Part shown: positions 1 to 12,570 of the stretch, piece by piece
How positions within the stretch are numbered: the stretch's first letter is position 1
Layout: every line of letters starts with the position of its first letter
Assembly (NCBI RefSeq): GCF_006345805.1
Contig: NC_043008.1
Span: 5,394,001-5,458,000 of the forward strand
Length of the DNA: 64,000 nucleotides
Reading direction: 5' to 3'
DNA from: Octopus sinensis
Lineage: Eukaryota
Made by a program: the position numbers and the translations under genes
The notes under the pieces: generated by a model
What the model saw: the letters and a program-made list of their open reading frames with translations, nothing else
Databases searched by the model: none
Told to the model about the DNA's origin: nothing

Positions 1-240
1 TAATATCCTGGGCAAGATAGGGGTTCCAGACTGGTGATGCAAATTCCAGGTGAGGTATTACCATAGCTATATAAAGCCGCAGATAGATAGCTGGAGAGTG
101 GCTCACAAAGGAGTTGGTGAGTGATGCCAAGACACCCTCAGCCTTCTTGGCAATTTTAGCAATGTGTTTTTTCCAACGCAAATCGCTCTCGACAATAACA
201 CACAGGTCACGTTCACATGAAGACTTTTTGAGAATAAGAG
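1..240 (-). mobile_element. CR1-clade LINE fragment (RT C-terminal region)
   Basis: Near-identical to the CR1 copies at 38400-38640 and 40690-40920 (DLGVIVDSDL, RPHLEFASPVWNPY). Confidence 0.85.
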
Positions 241-309
241 GCTAAAGTTAATAAAACTGACCTCAATCCTTAACAGGTATTTTATTTTATAGATCTGTAG
301 CGAATCTTG

Positions 310-950
310 CATGCATGAAGCAGATTCGATCCACCATAGCCAAATTTAAATCAACACTGCTACAGAACTTTTCCCACGATAGAACAATGGTTTTTCTCTG
401 ACAGCAGATTTATATTTCCCAGATGCCATTAGCTAGGTCGAAATAATGTCTTCACCACTTGACCCTTTCTAACCTCTTCTACTTCACTAAAGGCTAGAAT
501 AGAGATAACAAGACCACCAACTAAATCTATTGTTCTCAATGATATATATCTATCCTTCTGGATCTTAAAATAAGCAAGCACATCCCAAGCAAAAATCAGT
601 TAGTCACCAGCTGGTGACAACTCTACGAGGTCTGGCTGAGAAAGCAACTGTGAGACAAAACCCTACCGTTCTCTCTAGCTCTAATTCTATTCTCTTACAA
701 CATCATTCTATCGCTATCTGTAAATTACTACTAACTATTCGTATATGCCAAACTATGTAATGAAGAGAACCCAAACGCATCTAACTTTCACATATTTTTG
801 GATTTATCAACCCGCCCTTAAACTTCAATATATTGTCTATCTTTGACATCTTACAACTTGCTGTTTTAATAACAAACTCTTATCGTCACAACTGCTGACT
901 TCGACATTTCCTCATTAATAATGTTTACCTAATCAAATATCTACTGACCG
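310..950. repeat. Interspersed repeat, inverted copy of 51180-51900 (Penelope-associated?)
   Basis: Alignable by eye in reverse complement to 51180-51900 (e.g. agaacaatggtttttctctgacagcag vs ctgctgtcagagaaaaaccattgttc). Confidence 0.75.
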
Positions 951-1304
951 CTACAGATCCCTTGGGGATGGAAAGCAAGGCTGACTTCAGTTGGAAGTGA
1001 TACCACATTGTAAAAGGCCATAGTTAAATATATCTCCAGACATTTTTGTCCGCTGGTCATATGATTCTGCCCATACACTGCATTTCTGATATGTAGCATG
1101 TTGTCTATTGATTTGTTTTGTAGGCATGAGTCTTCTTATTTTTATATCAGTGAGAAAATTAGCATAATGTTCAAGAATATTAATGACATAAAATGAAATG
1201 GTCACACGTTGGCATTGAAAGCAGATCACTGACAAAGGTACTCAACAGGTTTCACTCTAATTTTCTCACAAATTCTGAACTTCAAGTTTCAGGTTTATTG
1301 CAGA

Positions 1305-1826
1305 CTAGCAGTATAGCCTGGCGTTGCTCGGGTTTGTTTTCTTTTCGACCCTTTAGAATTGGAATTTTTGAAAAGTAAAAATTTTGCATTATGAGAACTC
1401 TTTAAAAAGGCACGCTCAAAACTGCTAGAATTTGCATTTTTCAAGCTAGAGAATTCAGACTTGCTCCAATCGATTCAGGAAATTTTTCTACGTATATGCT
1501 CATATTTTTTTTTCGAAAAACTCAAAAATTGAACATGTTTTCGCCCCATTTTTCCATTGCATTCGTGCAAACATGCGCATAGTCATGCGTAGAATCCAAC
1601 ATGTTGCTTGAACACAACTCAAGGCAATACTGTATGACATCCACTCACTCGCAGAAAATGTATTGTTTCGGGCCTTTGTTATCGAGATAGAGACTTGAAA
1701 CCTACTCTGGCCGTAACTACACCAAGCCTTCTATAGGTGTGTAAATTTTCAGCTCAATCCTAGCACGTCTAGTGCCATTGAATCCTTACGAAAGCCAAGT
1801 TTTTTTTCCTCTTTTATATAGGTAGA
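1305..1826 (-). mobile_element. Non-autonomous Helitron-like element
   Basis: Minus-strand 3' end is an imperfect GC hairpin (cccgagcaacgccagg) followed by CTAG|T; the other end reads TCTACCTATATAAAAG. Same terminal logic as 19552-20680. Confidence 0.6.
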
Positions 1827-2070
1827 ATAAGAAGTGAGGTTATGTAGCATTCACATCTAAATTATAGACAATAATAAAGTGAAGTGTTGCAATCCATAAT
1901 TTCAAGGAGTCAATAATCAATTATAGACATATTACACACTTCAAAAATGTCAGCGGAGAGGGTCATTTATCTTCCTTTTGTAGTAAATGGCAAGCTATTC
2001 CATTAAAATCCAGTAGGCATGAGCACGGAAATTTTATGATCTCACATAATTCTACTGTTACTAATTAACA

Positions 2071-2400
2071 TCTATATCTATAAAAGGTAGGATGTGTGTG
2101 TATGTGAATGTACTTTATGCACGCCCACAAATTAGCATGCATGTCCCTCCAATTTTAGGACATTGGTCAAGATCATTGCTGTGTTTTTGTCAATTTATTT
2201 TTCCCGAGGCACCCCAGGATAGCGGTAAAAATAGCTTTTCAACCATAACTTTTACCAATTTTTACGTCAGTGAAATCTCCAAGTTTGCTAACATGAGTTA
2301 AGTCCCCCTACAATGCCTCCAAAAAAAATTACCTAAGCAATCTCAGCGTAGGAAAAGAGAAAGAATAGAAGAGACTGACTATCAGCAGACCCATTAGTAA
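2071..2400 (+). mobile_element. Possible Helitron-like 5' end
   Basis: A|TCTATATCTATAAAAGG...ATGTGTGTGT start resembles Helitron 5' ends; no clear 3' hairpin or CTAG found. Confidence 0.3.
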
Positions 2401-2792
2401 AATATTATAACTTTTGGGGCCGAAACCTGACAATATTCCGCTACAAGACATTCAATAGTATCGAAGCATTAACTTTCATAAATCAGAGTATAATTTTTGA
2501 AGACTCTTTCTGAATCCAGTCAACGACATGTATTTCTGCTAGTAAGACTATAAAACAATTATATCTAAAACAATATGAAATGACATGAAACAGGTACAGC
2601 TATGAACTGAAATCAAACCAGTTCTCTCTTACCCCATGAAATGAAAAACATTGTGAAGATAAATACATGCATCAATCATTAATCTTGTGTGTTTACTTTC
2701 TATGCTCTATCAGGAAGTAATTAAAGCAAAACATAACAGGGCCAGAAACAGATCCCATAATAAGCTGATAAAAAACTGAAAAGTTGCATCAC

Positions 2793-2870
2793 CTGTAAAT
2801 TTGTTTTTGTAATGTACTTGCATGACCAAAGATGAAATATTTGATCCTTTACCAATATGGAAACCAACAT
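2793..2870 (-). CDS. PAM: PHM/PAM coding exon 5 (third CuH His); gene continues beyond window start
   Basis: ctctttacag|ATGTTGGTTTCC...TTTACAG|gtgatg; 78 nt, (N)VGFHIGKGSNISSLVMQVHYKNKFT(G), matching PHM GVGFRVG...LQVHY. The donor is weaker than the others. No convincing next exon found in 1-2790. Confidence 0.88.
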
Positions 2871-3084
2871 CTGTAAAGAGAAGAAAAACAGAAACAGACC
2901 AGTTTATTTGAGTATTAATTTAAAGCATTGGTGTATTTATATAATGAAATTATAATAAGTGTATCCATATGATTAAATCAAAATCATGTATCTATATGAT
3001 TGAATTAATATAAATTTTTAGAAATGAGAAAATATTCTTTACTATACCATTTCACATGGATTAAATAGGTACATGCTGTGCTTG

Positions 3085-3460
3085 AGGAGACCTATTGAGT
3101 CAAGTACATCAACATGAAAATAAATATCAAATGGAAATTGTAGTTATGATACCTGTGCCGGCGGCATGTAAAAAGAACCATCCGAATGTGGCCGTTGCAA
3201 GCGCTGCCTCGACTGGCCTCCATGCCACTGGCACGTAAAAAGCACCAACCAATCGTGGCTGTTGCCAGCCTCCCCTGGCACCTGTGCCAGTGGTACGTAA
3301 AAAGCACCCACTACACTCTCGGAGTGGTTGGCGTTAGAAAGGGCATCCAGCTGTAGAAACTCTGCCAGATCAGATTGGAGTTTGGTTCACCAGACCTCAG
3401 CCAAATCGTCCAACCCATGCTAGCATGGAAAGCGGACGCTAAACGATGATGGTGGTGATC
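3085..3460 (+). mobile_element. RTE LINE 3' end (representative of about 14 plus-strand copies: 3085, 4100, 7990, 8870, 11490, 22040, 23075, 29090, 30570, 38915, 42010, 45160, 48220, 52560)
   Basis: Shared GGTTGGCGTTAGGAAGGGCATCCAGCTGTAGAAAC...CCATGCTAGCATGGAAAGCGGACGTTAAAC plus a (GAT)n tail. At 11490-12570 and 48826-50770 this sequence directly follows the RTE ORF2 stop. Confidence 0.85.
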
Positions 3461-4977
3461 TGGCTATGATAGATCAGATATAGCAGCAGTGGGTATCAGA
3501 CCCACTAAGCAAGGACAACCAACAAGCAATAAATTACCAACTCAAATACAGCTTTTACAAGGCAACTCAGATCAGCACCAGCAGCCCACACTAAAATACA
3601 AACATAAGTGCAACACTGATACTTATCATATTGAGACCTAAGAACCATCAGTGTTAGCTAGACATTGATGCCTTGCTCTGGAATGCTTGAATATCGCCCT
3701 GGTATAGTTCAGCATAATTTTGTTATCCTGTACTAACTGGTTGTTGCCATTACGTCTGGTTTCTATAAAGATACAGGGTAACATCATTACTCAAACTGCT
3801 CATCATTTGCTCAATGAGCATACCTCCAAAGGGCAGGGCTGTGGTTAAACTCATGCAGTTTGTGAGCTGAATACTAGAGTGCCTTACACTGAACACACAC
3901 CCACATTTGCATGCTATAATATCTGTCTATTAAGAAAACATTAGCTCAATTATTAATATTATTTCAGTCAAACCTTGGCAAGTAAGAGTGACAACTTTGG
4001 ACATGTTTTGATACTATTCGTGATAACAGAAGCGATGTAATGCTGTACAATAATGTTCATATGTACGTGTGAAACATTTTCATAATGAGTGAAGACCCGA
4101 CAAATGAAGTGAGTTCATGGCTCGCAGGACGGCCTGCTGTGCTAACCTTGGATTGTAGAGTGACTCACTGTTCTTGAGGAGACCTATTGAGTCAAGTACA
4201 TCAAAATAAAAATCAATTGAAAATTGTAGTTAAGATATCAATTCGGTGACACGTAAAAAGCACCGCCCGTACATGGCCGGTGCCAGCGCCACCTGACTGG
4301 CGTCCGTGTCGGTGACACGTAAAAGCACCAACCGATCAATGCCGTTTGCCAGCCTCCTCTGGCCCCTGTACCGGTGGCACGTAAAAAGCACCCATTGCAC
4401 TCATGGAGTGGTTGGCGTTAGGAAGGGCATCCAGCTGTCATCATCATTGTTTGACCGTGGTCGAGACAATGGAATTTACCATGCTACGCCAGACTTCATG
4501 GTCCATCATAGCATTATGGAGGTCCTGTTGCTGGATGCCTGTATCCCTGGAGATTACATCAGGGTAGGAGAGAGTGCACCCTCTGGTATATCCAGCTGTA
4601 GAAACACTGCCAAACTAGACTGGAGCCTGTTGCAGCCTCCATGGCTTACCAGACCCCAGTCAAACCGTCCAACCCATGCTAGCATGGAAAACGGACGTTA
4701 AATGATGATGATGATAATGATGACAGAAATTACTTAGAGATGCCTTAAAACACTTAACAGCCATAACACAACCATTGGCTCACCAAAATTAGCATTAGAA
4801 CCTGCCAACATAGTAAACAAATGTCTCTTAACAATTTCTCCATAGTCTTTAAAAATGGAATTAAAGCATGATTTTAAATTCTTAACTCACCATGTTCACT
4901 ATAAAAATAGACAGACCACAACTTCAATACTAAAAAGTTTCACTCACATAATTCCACTGCATCATGACATGCGAAGT

Positions 4978-5660
4978 CATCATCATCATCGTTTAACATC
5001 CGTTTTCCATGCTAGCATGGGCTGGACGGTTCGACCAGGGTCTGGAAAGCCAGGAGGCTGCACCAGGCTCCATCCTGATCTGGCAGTGTTTCTACAGCTG
5101 GATGCCCTTCCAAATGCCAACCACTCTGTGAGTGTAGTGGCTGCTTTTTACGTGCCACCAGCACAGGGGCCAGAGGAGGCTGGCAGCGGCCACGATCAGT
5201 TGGTGCTTTTTACGTGCCATCGGTACGGAAGTCAGTCAAGGCAGCACTGGCATTGGCCACATTCAGATGGTGCTTTTTACGTGCCACCGGCACAGGGATC
5301 AGGACAAAACAACAACCTGGCCAGGAATATCAATTCACAATATCATCATCGTTTAGCATCCGTTTTCCATGCTAGCATGGGTTGGACGGTTTGACCGGGG
5401 TCTGGGAAGCCATGGAGGCTGCACCAGGCTTCAGTCTGGTTTGGCAGTGTTTCTACAGCTTGATGCCCTTCCTAACGCCAACCACTTCGTGAGTGTAGTG
5501 GGTGCTTTTTACATGCCACTGGCATAGGGGCCAGAGGAGGCTGGCAAACGGCCACGATCGGTTGGTGCCTTTACATGTCACCGACACGGACGCCAGTCAG
5601 GCGGCGCTGACATCTGCCACATTCGGACGGTGCTTTTACATGTCACCGGCACAGGTGTCT
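4978..5660 (-). mobile_element. Two RTE 3'-end copies, minus strand (other minus copies at 9808, 10223, 13193, 14278, 15941, 21110, 24894, 25940, 26695, 47768)
   Basis: (CAT)n-CGTTTAACGTCCGCTTTCCATGCTAGCATGGGTTGGACG is the reverse complement of the same 3' end. Confidence 0.85.
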
Positions 5661-6284
5661 TAATTGAACATACAATTTTTCCAGACTACAATCAAAATAC
5701 ATAGGACCAGGGGGCAGTGCTTTCCCAGAGTTAGAATCAGTACATGATCTGGGAATCCATATGAATAATGATGCAACATTCCATGTGCCTATTACCAGGA
5801 TGGCAACACTGTGCAGGTGAGTAGCTGGATATATCCTTAGAAAAGTGTAAATTCCACCTGTGTGATGACTGCTAGCATGGAAATGACAGTGCAAGCTAAT
5901 GCTTCTAACATCCAAAACCATGCCACAAGCAGAACAAAAGCAAAAGTCACACATCACCTGCACCAAAACTAAAATATGCCAATGTAGTGTGCACTACCTG
6001 TAAAAGCCAGCCCTATCCAGAAAGCATCATAAGGGCTGCAACTGAGCAACAATCAGAGATCGAATGAGATCGAAAATTGTTTATGAAGTAGAGATTGAGT
6101 ATATTGCTTGCCCTGGCTGGTTGGAGTATTACTTGCTCTATATCTAACTTATTTGTGAAGTTGTGCAGGGATTCCACATGTCTTTTTTCACATCGCATTA
6201 TTCCTGAGAGGGAAAAGCCCTCAAGCCATCCTATATTGGGCTGGTTGGAGTCTCGCATGAGAAGTACACTGATGAATTGTTCAT

Positions 6285-7045
6285 GTTCTTGTGAACGTGA
6301 CTTGGGTGTTATTGTCGACAGCGATTTACATCGGAAAAAACACATTGCTAAAATTGCCAAGAAGGCTGAGGGTGTCTTGGCATCACTCACCAACTCCTTT
6401 GTGAGCCACTCTCCAGCTATTTATCTGCGGCTTTATAAAGCTATGGTAAGACCTCACCTGGAATTTGCATCACCGGTCTGGAACCCCTATCTTGTCCAGG
6501 ATATTAATAGTCTGGAAGCCATTCAGCGACGTGCAACCAAGAGAATACCCTCCATTAGGCATTTGCCATATTCTGAACGCCTTACTTCCCTGGGCATGGA
6601 TACATTGAAACGCCGACATCTGGCAACTGACTTGGCAAACACCCATAAAATTATTAACCATCTTACAAACAATAACTCTGAGCACCTTTACAAACTCCAC
6701 CTGTCTAACACCCGCGGACATGTTTACAAAGTCAGAAAACAGCACAGCTCCCATGACTTTCGGAAACATTTTTTCATGCTAAGAGTTGCTGAAGTATGGA
6801 ACAAACTGCCAGCATCAGTTGTTAGTTGTCGGAGTACTGCATCCTTCAAAACTTCCATGCTTCCTGAGATTCGCCAACACTACACCTGATTTTTCTCCCC
6901 TCCATACACACACAAGCATGTATCTGACACATACACTGTTCACTTCCCAGACATTTGTACATTACTGCATATACTTTATACGCACTTTCGGCAAATTGTG
7001 GTGCACCTGAGCACTGTATACAATAATTTCATTATCATTATATTA
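6285..7045 (+). mobile_element. CR1-clade LINE 3' fragment
   Basis: ORF to stop at 6889: CERDLGVIVDSDL...YKAMVRPHLEFASPVWNPY...IQRRATKRIP...HFFMLRVAEVWNKLP; ATT-rich tail at about 7020-7045. Confidence 0.9.
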
Positions 7046-7463
7046 TCAAGAAGTCTTTGAATAGGCCTGTGTGATTTGGATCATCTGGTGGGCAATAAGC
7101 AGTACATATAACTATATTGAGTTATCCTATATGTACAGATTAGTGCATCACACACCGAGTTTGGGTGTGACAAAACAATCTGGTGCATGAGATCTTCATG
7201 CTGGTAGATTCTAATCCACATGACTCCCTATCTTTTCTGTTGCTTTGCAATATAACATAGCTTGGTACATGTATCTCTACATCTGCAATGTTAGCCTTTA
7301 GGTGCATTTCAGTAGGTTCCATATCCTGGAAATACATATTTCAAATCATCTTTTCCTAAGACTTTTATTAACTGGCACTTAGTAAAAATTAAAACAGTTT
7401 CTGATCTGAGAGGTAGTTGATGATTAATAAAATAAACAATTAAGCATAGAAATTAATACTTAC

Positions 7464-7549
7464 TACAAGGTAATTTAGCTGGATCAGCATTCTTTGCCCA
7501 TGCATAAAGGATTTTGGCTTCATTTCTTTTACATATAGTCCCACATGAC
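7464..7549 (-). CDS. PAM: PHM/PAM coding exon 4
   Basis: ttccttttag|GTCATGTGGG...CCTTGTA|gtaagt; 86 nt, (W)SCGTICKRNEAKILYAWAKNADPAKLPC(N), matching PHM ILYAWARNAPPTRLP; phase 2 to 1. Confidence 0.93.
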
Positions 7550-7606
7550 CTAAAAGGAAAAAAAACTCTAATTGTTTAAAACTCTAATTGTCATATTTTT
7601 GTTTAA

Positions 7607-7816
7607 CCCTTTTGTTATCATATTTCTGTCAGGATGATGTGTAACTTTCAATTAATTTTAAATATAACAAAGAATTTAGTAAAATAACTTAAGCTAGTGT
7701 TAGGAACATAAATTGTGACTAAGGTTTGGTGGAAGATTTTAATTCAGAACTTTTGAAAACAAGTCATTTGTACTACAGAACCAGAGGTGGTTTCAGCCAG
7801 TTTGGTATCAAAAGGG
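7607..7816. mobile_element. piggyBac-like MITE
   Basis: TTAA|CCCTTTTGTTATCA ... TGGTATCAAAAGGG|CTGA: 14-bp imperfect TIR, right TTAA degenerate; about 55 bp from the PHM exon 4 acceptor. Confidence 0.55.
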
Positions 7817-10800
7817 CTGAATACACTGCACACACACACACAAATACATACATAAAAACATAGATTGATGAGAATGTTACATACATTGGTGCAGTGACTA
7901 AAGCCAGAATAACAAAAGAGTACTTCTGCAGACTCCAGAAAATATTGAATTCAGAACTGTCTGCATTTAACAAGATGTTATCTCACAATAGTTTTACTAG
8001 GCCTCACCAAGGAAATGACTAGCGACCGAGACTTTTGGAAATATGCTGTGCGTGAGAAGACTCAGCAAGCCAAATGAGACCATAACCTGTGGGCTATGCC
8101 AGGAGCGTAACCAGCCCGCTTATGCGTACCTTTTCCTTCTTTGGTCACTAAACTCTGCTTGCAAAAACCTGTTGAGACAAGTGAAATCAAAATCAAATTC
8201 GACGACTGGCATCCGTGCTAGCGGGGTGCAAAGAGCACCATACGAGGGTGATCGTTGGCAGAATGACTAATTCGCTTCCATGCCAGTGGCACATAAAAGT
8301 GCACCTTTCGAGTGTGATCGTTACCAGCGCTGTCTTACTGGCACTTGTGCCTGTGCTAGTAGGGTGCCAAGAGCACCATCTGAGTGTGATAGTTGCCAGA
8401 GCAGCCAACTGGCTTCCATGCCGGTGGCACATAAAAGGGCACCATTCGAGCTTGATCGTTACCAACGTCGTCTTACTAGCACCTGTGCCGGTGGCATGTG
8501 TAAAAAGATTCGAGCAAGGTCGTTGCCAGTACTGCCTGACTGGCCCACGTGCCGGTGGCACGTAAAAGCACCCACTACACTCTCGGAGTGGTTGGCGTTA
8601 GGAAGGGCATCCAGCTGTAGAAACTCTGCCAGATCAAGACTGGAGCCTGGTGCAGCCATCTGGTTCGCCATCCCTCAGTCAAACCGCATGCAAAGCGGAC
8701 ATTAAACGATGATGATGATGAGTGTTAGTACCAACATTTGGGATACTGGACTGGACACTTGATGAGATACGTAGCCAGGACATCAAAACCAGAAATGTAC
8801 TGACCACCACATTAATAGTAACACTGATAGGATTTATAGTCCACTTATGTGTGCCTTTCCTTTATTGGACACTAAACTCTGCTTGCGAAGACCTGTTGAG
8901 GCAAGTAAAATCAAAATAAATTCGAAATCAAACTTGATTGCGAAGACCTGTTGAGGCACATGAAATCAATCAAACTCGGTGACTGGCATCCGTTGCTAGT
9001 GGAGCGCTAAGAGTACCATACGAGTGAGATCGTTGCCAGAGCAACAAGCTGGCCTTCGTGCCGATGGCACGTTAAACACACCATTCGAGTGTGATCGTTA
9101 CCGCCTTGCCTTACCAGCACTTGTGCCGGTGACACGTGAAACATTTGAGCGAGGTTGTCGCCAGTGACGCTGGACTGACTCCTGTGCAGGTGGCACATAA
9201 AAAGCACTATTTGGGCGTGGCCGTTACCAGTACCACCAAACTGGCCTCCATGCCGGTGGCACGTAAAAGCACCCACTGCACTCACGGAGTGGTTGGCGTT
9301 AGGAAGGGCATCCAGCTTTAGAAACTCTGCCAGATCAGACTGGAGCCTGGTGCAGTCTCCTGGCTTCTCAGACCCCGGTCAAACTGTCCAATCCATGCTA
9401 GCACAGAAAACGATGATGATGATGATGATCCAGCTTGCATAAACCATGCCAAAACTGACATCACCTAAGCTGGTGCCATGTAAAAGCACTCAGGCCACTC
9501 TGCAGGGTGGTTGGTATCAGGAAGGTCTTCCAGCCATAAAAACCATACCATAACAGACACTGAAGTTCAGTGAAGTCTTCTACCCAGTCAGTTCCTGTCA
9601 AAGTGTCCAAAGTATGCCAGCATAGAAAGCAGAGGTTAAATGATGACGATGGTAATGATGATGATGAGGTTTCTTTCAGTTTTTTCCACCAAATCCACTC
9701 AAGATAATAGTAGAAAATGCTAACCCAAGGTGTCACGCAATGACACTGAACCTGAAATCATGTGGTTAGGAAACAAACGTCTTACCAAACAGCGTTGCCT
9801 GCATCAATATCATCATTGTTTAACGTCCACTTTCCATGCTAGCATGGGTTGGACGATTTTGACTGAGGGCTAGCAAACCAGATGGCTGTACCGGGCACCA
9901 ATCTTGATCTGGCAGAGTTTCTACAGCTGGATGCCCTTCCTAACGCCAACCACTCCGTGAGTGTAGTGGGTGCTTTTATGTGCCACCGGCACGGGGCCAG
10001 TCAGGCGGTACTGGCAATGACCTTGCTCGAATCTTTTTACACATGCCACCAGCACAGGTGCCAGTAAGGTGACGTTGGTAATGATCACGCTCGAATTGTG
10101 CCCTTTTACGTTCCACCGCACGGGGGTCAGTCAGGTAGTACTGGCAATGACCTCGCTCAAATCTTTTTACACATGCCACCGGTGGCACAGGTGCTTTAGT
10201 GGAGATACTTCGTTACCTGTTCATCATCATCATCATTTAACATCCGCTTTCCATGCTAGCATGGGTTGGACGATCTGACTGAGGGCTGGCAAACCAGATG
10301 GCTGCACCAGGCTTCAATCTTAATCTGGCAGAGTTTCTACAGCTGGATGCCCTTCCTAATGCCAACCACTCCAAGAGTGTAGTGGGTACTTTTTACGTGC
10401 CACCGGCACAGGGGCCAGTCTGGCGGTACTGGCAACGACCTAGCTCGAATCTTTTTATACATTCCACCGGCACAGGTGCTAGTAAGGCGACGTTGGTAAC
10501 GATCACGATCACGCATGACTGCATCAATGTCTTACCACACAGTCATGTTCCAAAAATCAGCTTCATATAAATGGTAAAGAAGGTGCTATTTTACTAAATT
10601 CCTCAAAAATAATTTTAGCTAATTAAAAGGCCAGCAATATAATTTATTAGAAATACCAGTAAAGTAGCTGAATGCTGTTCTTCAAATTCCTTACTATCTT
10701 TCAATGAGATTCACAAGTTTAATATCTAAATCTTAGGACTTCACATTGTCAGCAGATATTGAATGAATTAGATCATCTGTTTAGTGAAATATTCTCTGCA

Positions 10801-11255
10801 CTTTTTTTGTTCTTTTACTCAAGCAGAGTTGACTGAACATAAAACAGTAGCAACAAGTCTTAACTCTTAAGATAGCAAGCCTTTGTAGAGGATCTTTTCG
10901 CTTTGACCGGCAGATTTTAAAAATAATTTCTTTGTAACTAAACACTTTTAAACTTCATATACTTGTAGAATATGATATATAAAACATCTTTTTCTCTTGG
11001 TTTTCTTGAGAAAATTCTGTGGTTTGTAAACTATTTCTTGTTAAATTTCTTGCATTTCGGCAATTTCAACCAATCAATGACGTCTATTGAGGTGAATACA
11101 ATTTCTCCGGTTGTTTGTCAACAACATTTTCTGGCGGTGTCATATCAAAAAATCTGCCGGTAAAAGTGAAAAGATCCTTCATAGAAAACACTATAGCCAT
11201 GGCTACAAGACATTAGATTTGATTTGACCCAAAAACTTTACACAAAACAACTCAC

Positions 11256-11343
11256 CAAATACCACCAACTGTTAATGGCTCCGGGCAACCAAATAAAATG
11301 ATATGATGAGCAATGACGGCATCTGATAGTGACTCAAATTTAA
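11256..11343 (-). CDS. PAM: PHM/PAM coding exon 3 (CuH His-His)
   Basis: ttctttcag|TTAAATTTGAG...GGTATTTG|gtgagt; 88 nt, (V)KFESLSDAVIAHHIILFGCPEPLTVGGI(W), matching PHM VHHMLLFGC; phase 1 to 2. Confidence 0.93.
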
Positions 11344-11489
11344 CTGAAAGAAATATGGAAAATAAGATCAAATATAAATTGGTTGAAAATATATAAACTA
11401 TGTAAATTTCACAATTATTCTAATTACATTCAACAAATTTTGTTTGCTTTATATATATGTAAAGTAAACCTTTAATGCTACGACTTCCG

Positions 11490-12570
11490 CCACATTCCAG
11501 GGAGAAAAACTAGTAGTTGTTAGCTTCTGTTACCTAGGTGACCAAGTTAGTAGCAGGGGTGGGTGTGCTGAAAGTGTAGCTACTAGAATAAGAATAGCCT
11601 GGGCAAAGTTCAGAGTGCTCTTACCTCTGCTGGTGACAAAGGGCCTCTCGCTCAGAGTAAAAGGTAGACTGTATGACGCATGTGTACGAACAGCCATGCT
11701 ACATGGCAGGCAAACATGTGCCGTGACTGCTGAAGACATGCGCAAGCTCGCAAGGAATGAAGCTAATATGCTCTGATGGATGTGTAATGGCAGTGTGCAT
11801 ACTCGACAGAGTGTAAGTACCTTGAGAGAAAAGTTGGACCTAAGAAGTATCAGATGTGGTGTGCAAGAGAGATGACTGCACTGGTATGGTCATGTGGCGA
11901 GAATGGGTGAGGATAGCTGTGTGAAAAAGTGCCACACCCTAGCGGTTGAGGGAACCTGTGGAAGAGGTAGACCCAGGAAAACCTGGGACAAGGTGGTGAA
12001 GCACGACCTTCGAACATTAGGTCTCACCAAGGCAATGACTAGTGACCGAGACCTTTGGAAATATGCTGTGCGTGAGAAGACCCGGCAGGACAAGTGAGAC
12101 CCTAACCCGTGGCCTTTACCTGGGATGTAGCCAGCCCACTTATGTGTACCTTTCTTTCATTGGACACAAAACTCTGCTTGCGAAGACCTGTTAAGGCAAG
12201 TGAAATCAAAACCGATCAAAAAAATCAATGAAATTGTAGTTGTGATCCCTGTGCCGGTGGCACCTAAAAAGAACCATCCGAACGTGGCTGTTGCCAGCGC
12301 CGCCATGACTGGCCTCCATGCTGGTGACACGTAAAAAGCACCAACCAATCGTGGCCATTGCCAGCCTCGCCTGGCACCTGTGCCGGTGGCATGTAGAAAG
12401 CATCCACTACACTCACGGAGTGGTTGGTGTTAGGAAGGGCATCCAGCTGTAGAAACACTGCCATATCAGACTGGAGTCTGGTGTAGCCTCCTGGCTTCCC
12501 AGACCCTGGTTGAACCGTCCAACCCATGCTAGTATGGAAAACAGATGTTAAATGATGATGATGATGATAA
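11490..12570 (+). mobile_element. 5'-truncated RTE LINE (ORF2 C-terminus + 3'UTR + GAT tail)
   Basis: Degenerate ...LSLRVKGRLYDACVRTAMLHG...EGTCGRGRPRKTWDKVVKHDLRTLGL..., followed by the 3' repeat. Confidence 0.85.

Noticed and set aside
929-985. Possible small phase 1-to-2 exon as the next PHM exon
   Set aside because: The peptide (ALLSIPKGSVAVSRYLI) lacks the expected DxSG-type motif and overlaps an interspersed repeat.
5957-5996. 40-nt AG...GT-bounded cassette on the minus strand inside a PHM intron
   Set aside because: It would shift the frame, has no PHM similarity, and lies among decayed CR1/L2 fragments (5700-6270).
7140-7337. Minus-strand ORF with an acceptor-like start (MYFQDMEPTEM...)
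   Set aside because: Resembles a decayed LINE endonuclease segment; not needed, since the flanking PHM exons join in frame without it.
8215-8705. Recurrent C/H-rich ORFs (e.g. TCHRHR, PVPVARKKHH)
   Set aside because: Frames of the RTE 3'UTR tandem units, recurring at dozens of repeat copies with inconsistent frames.
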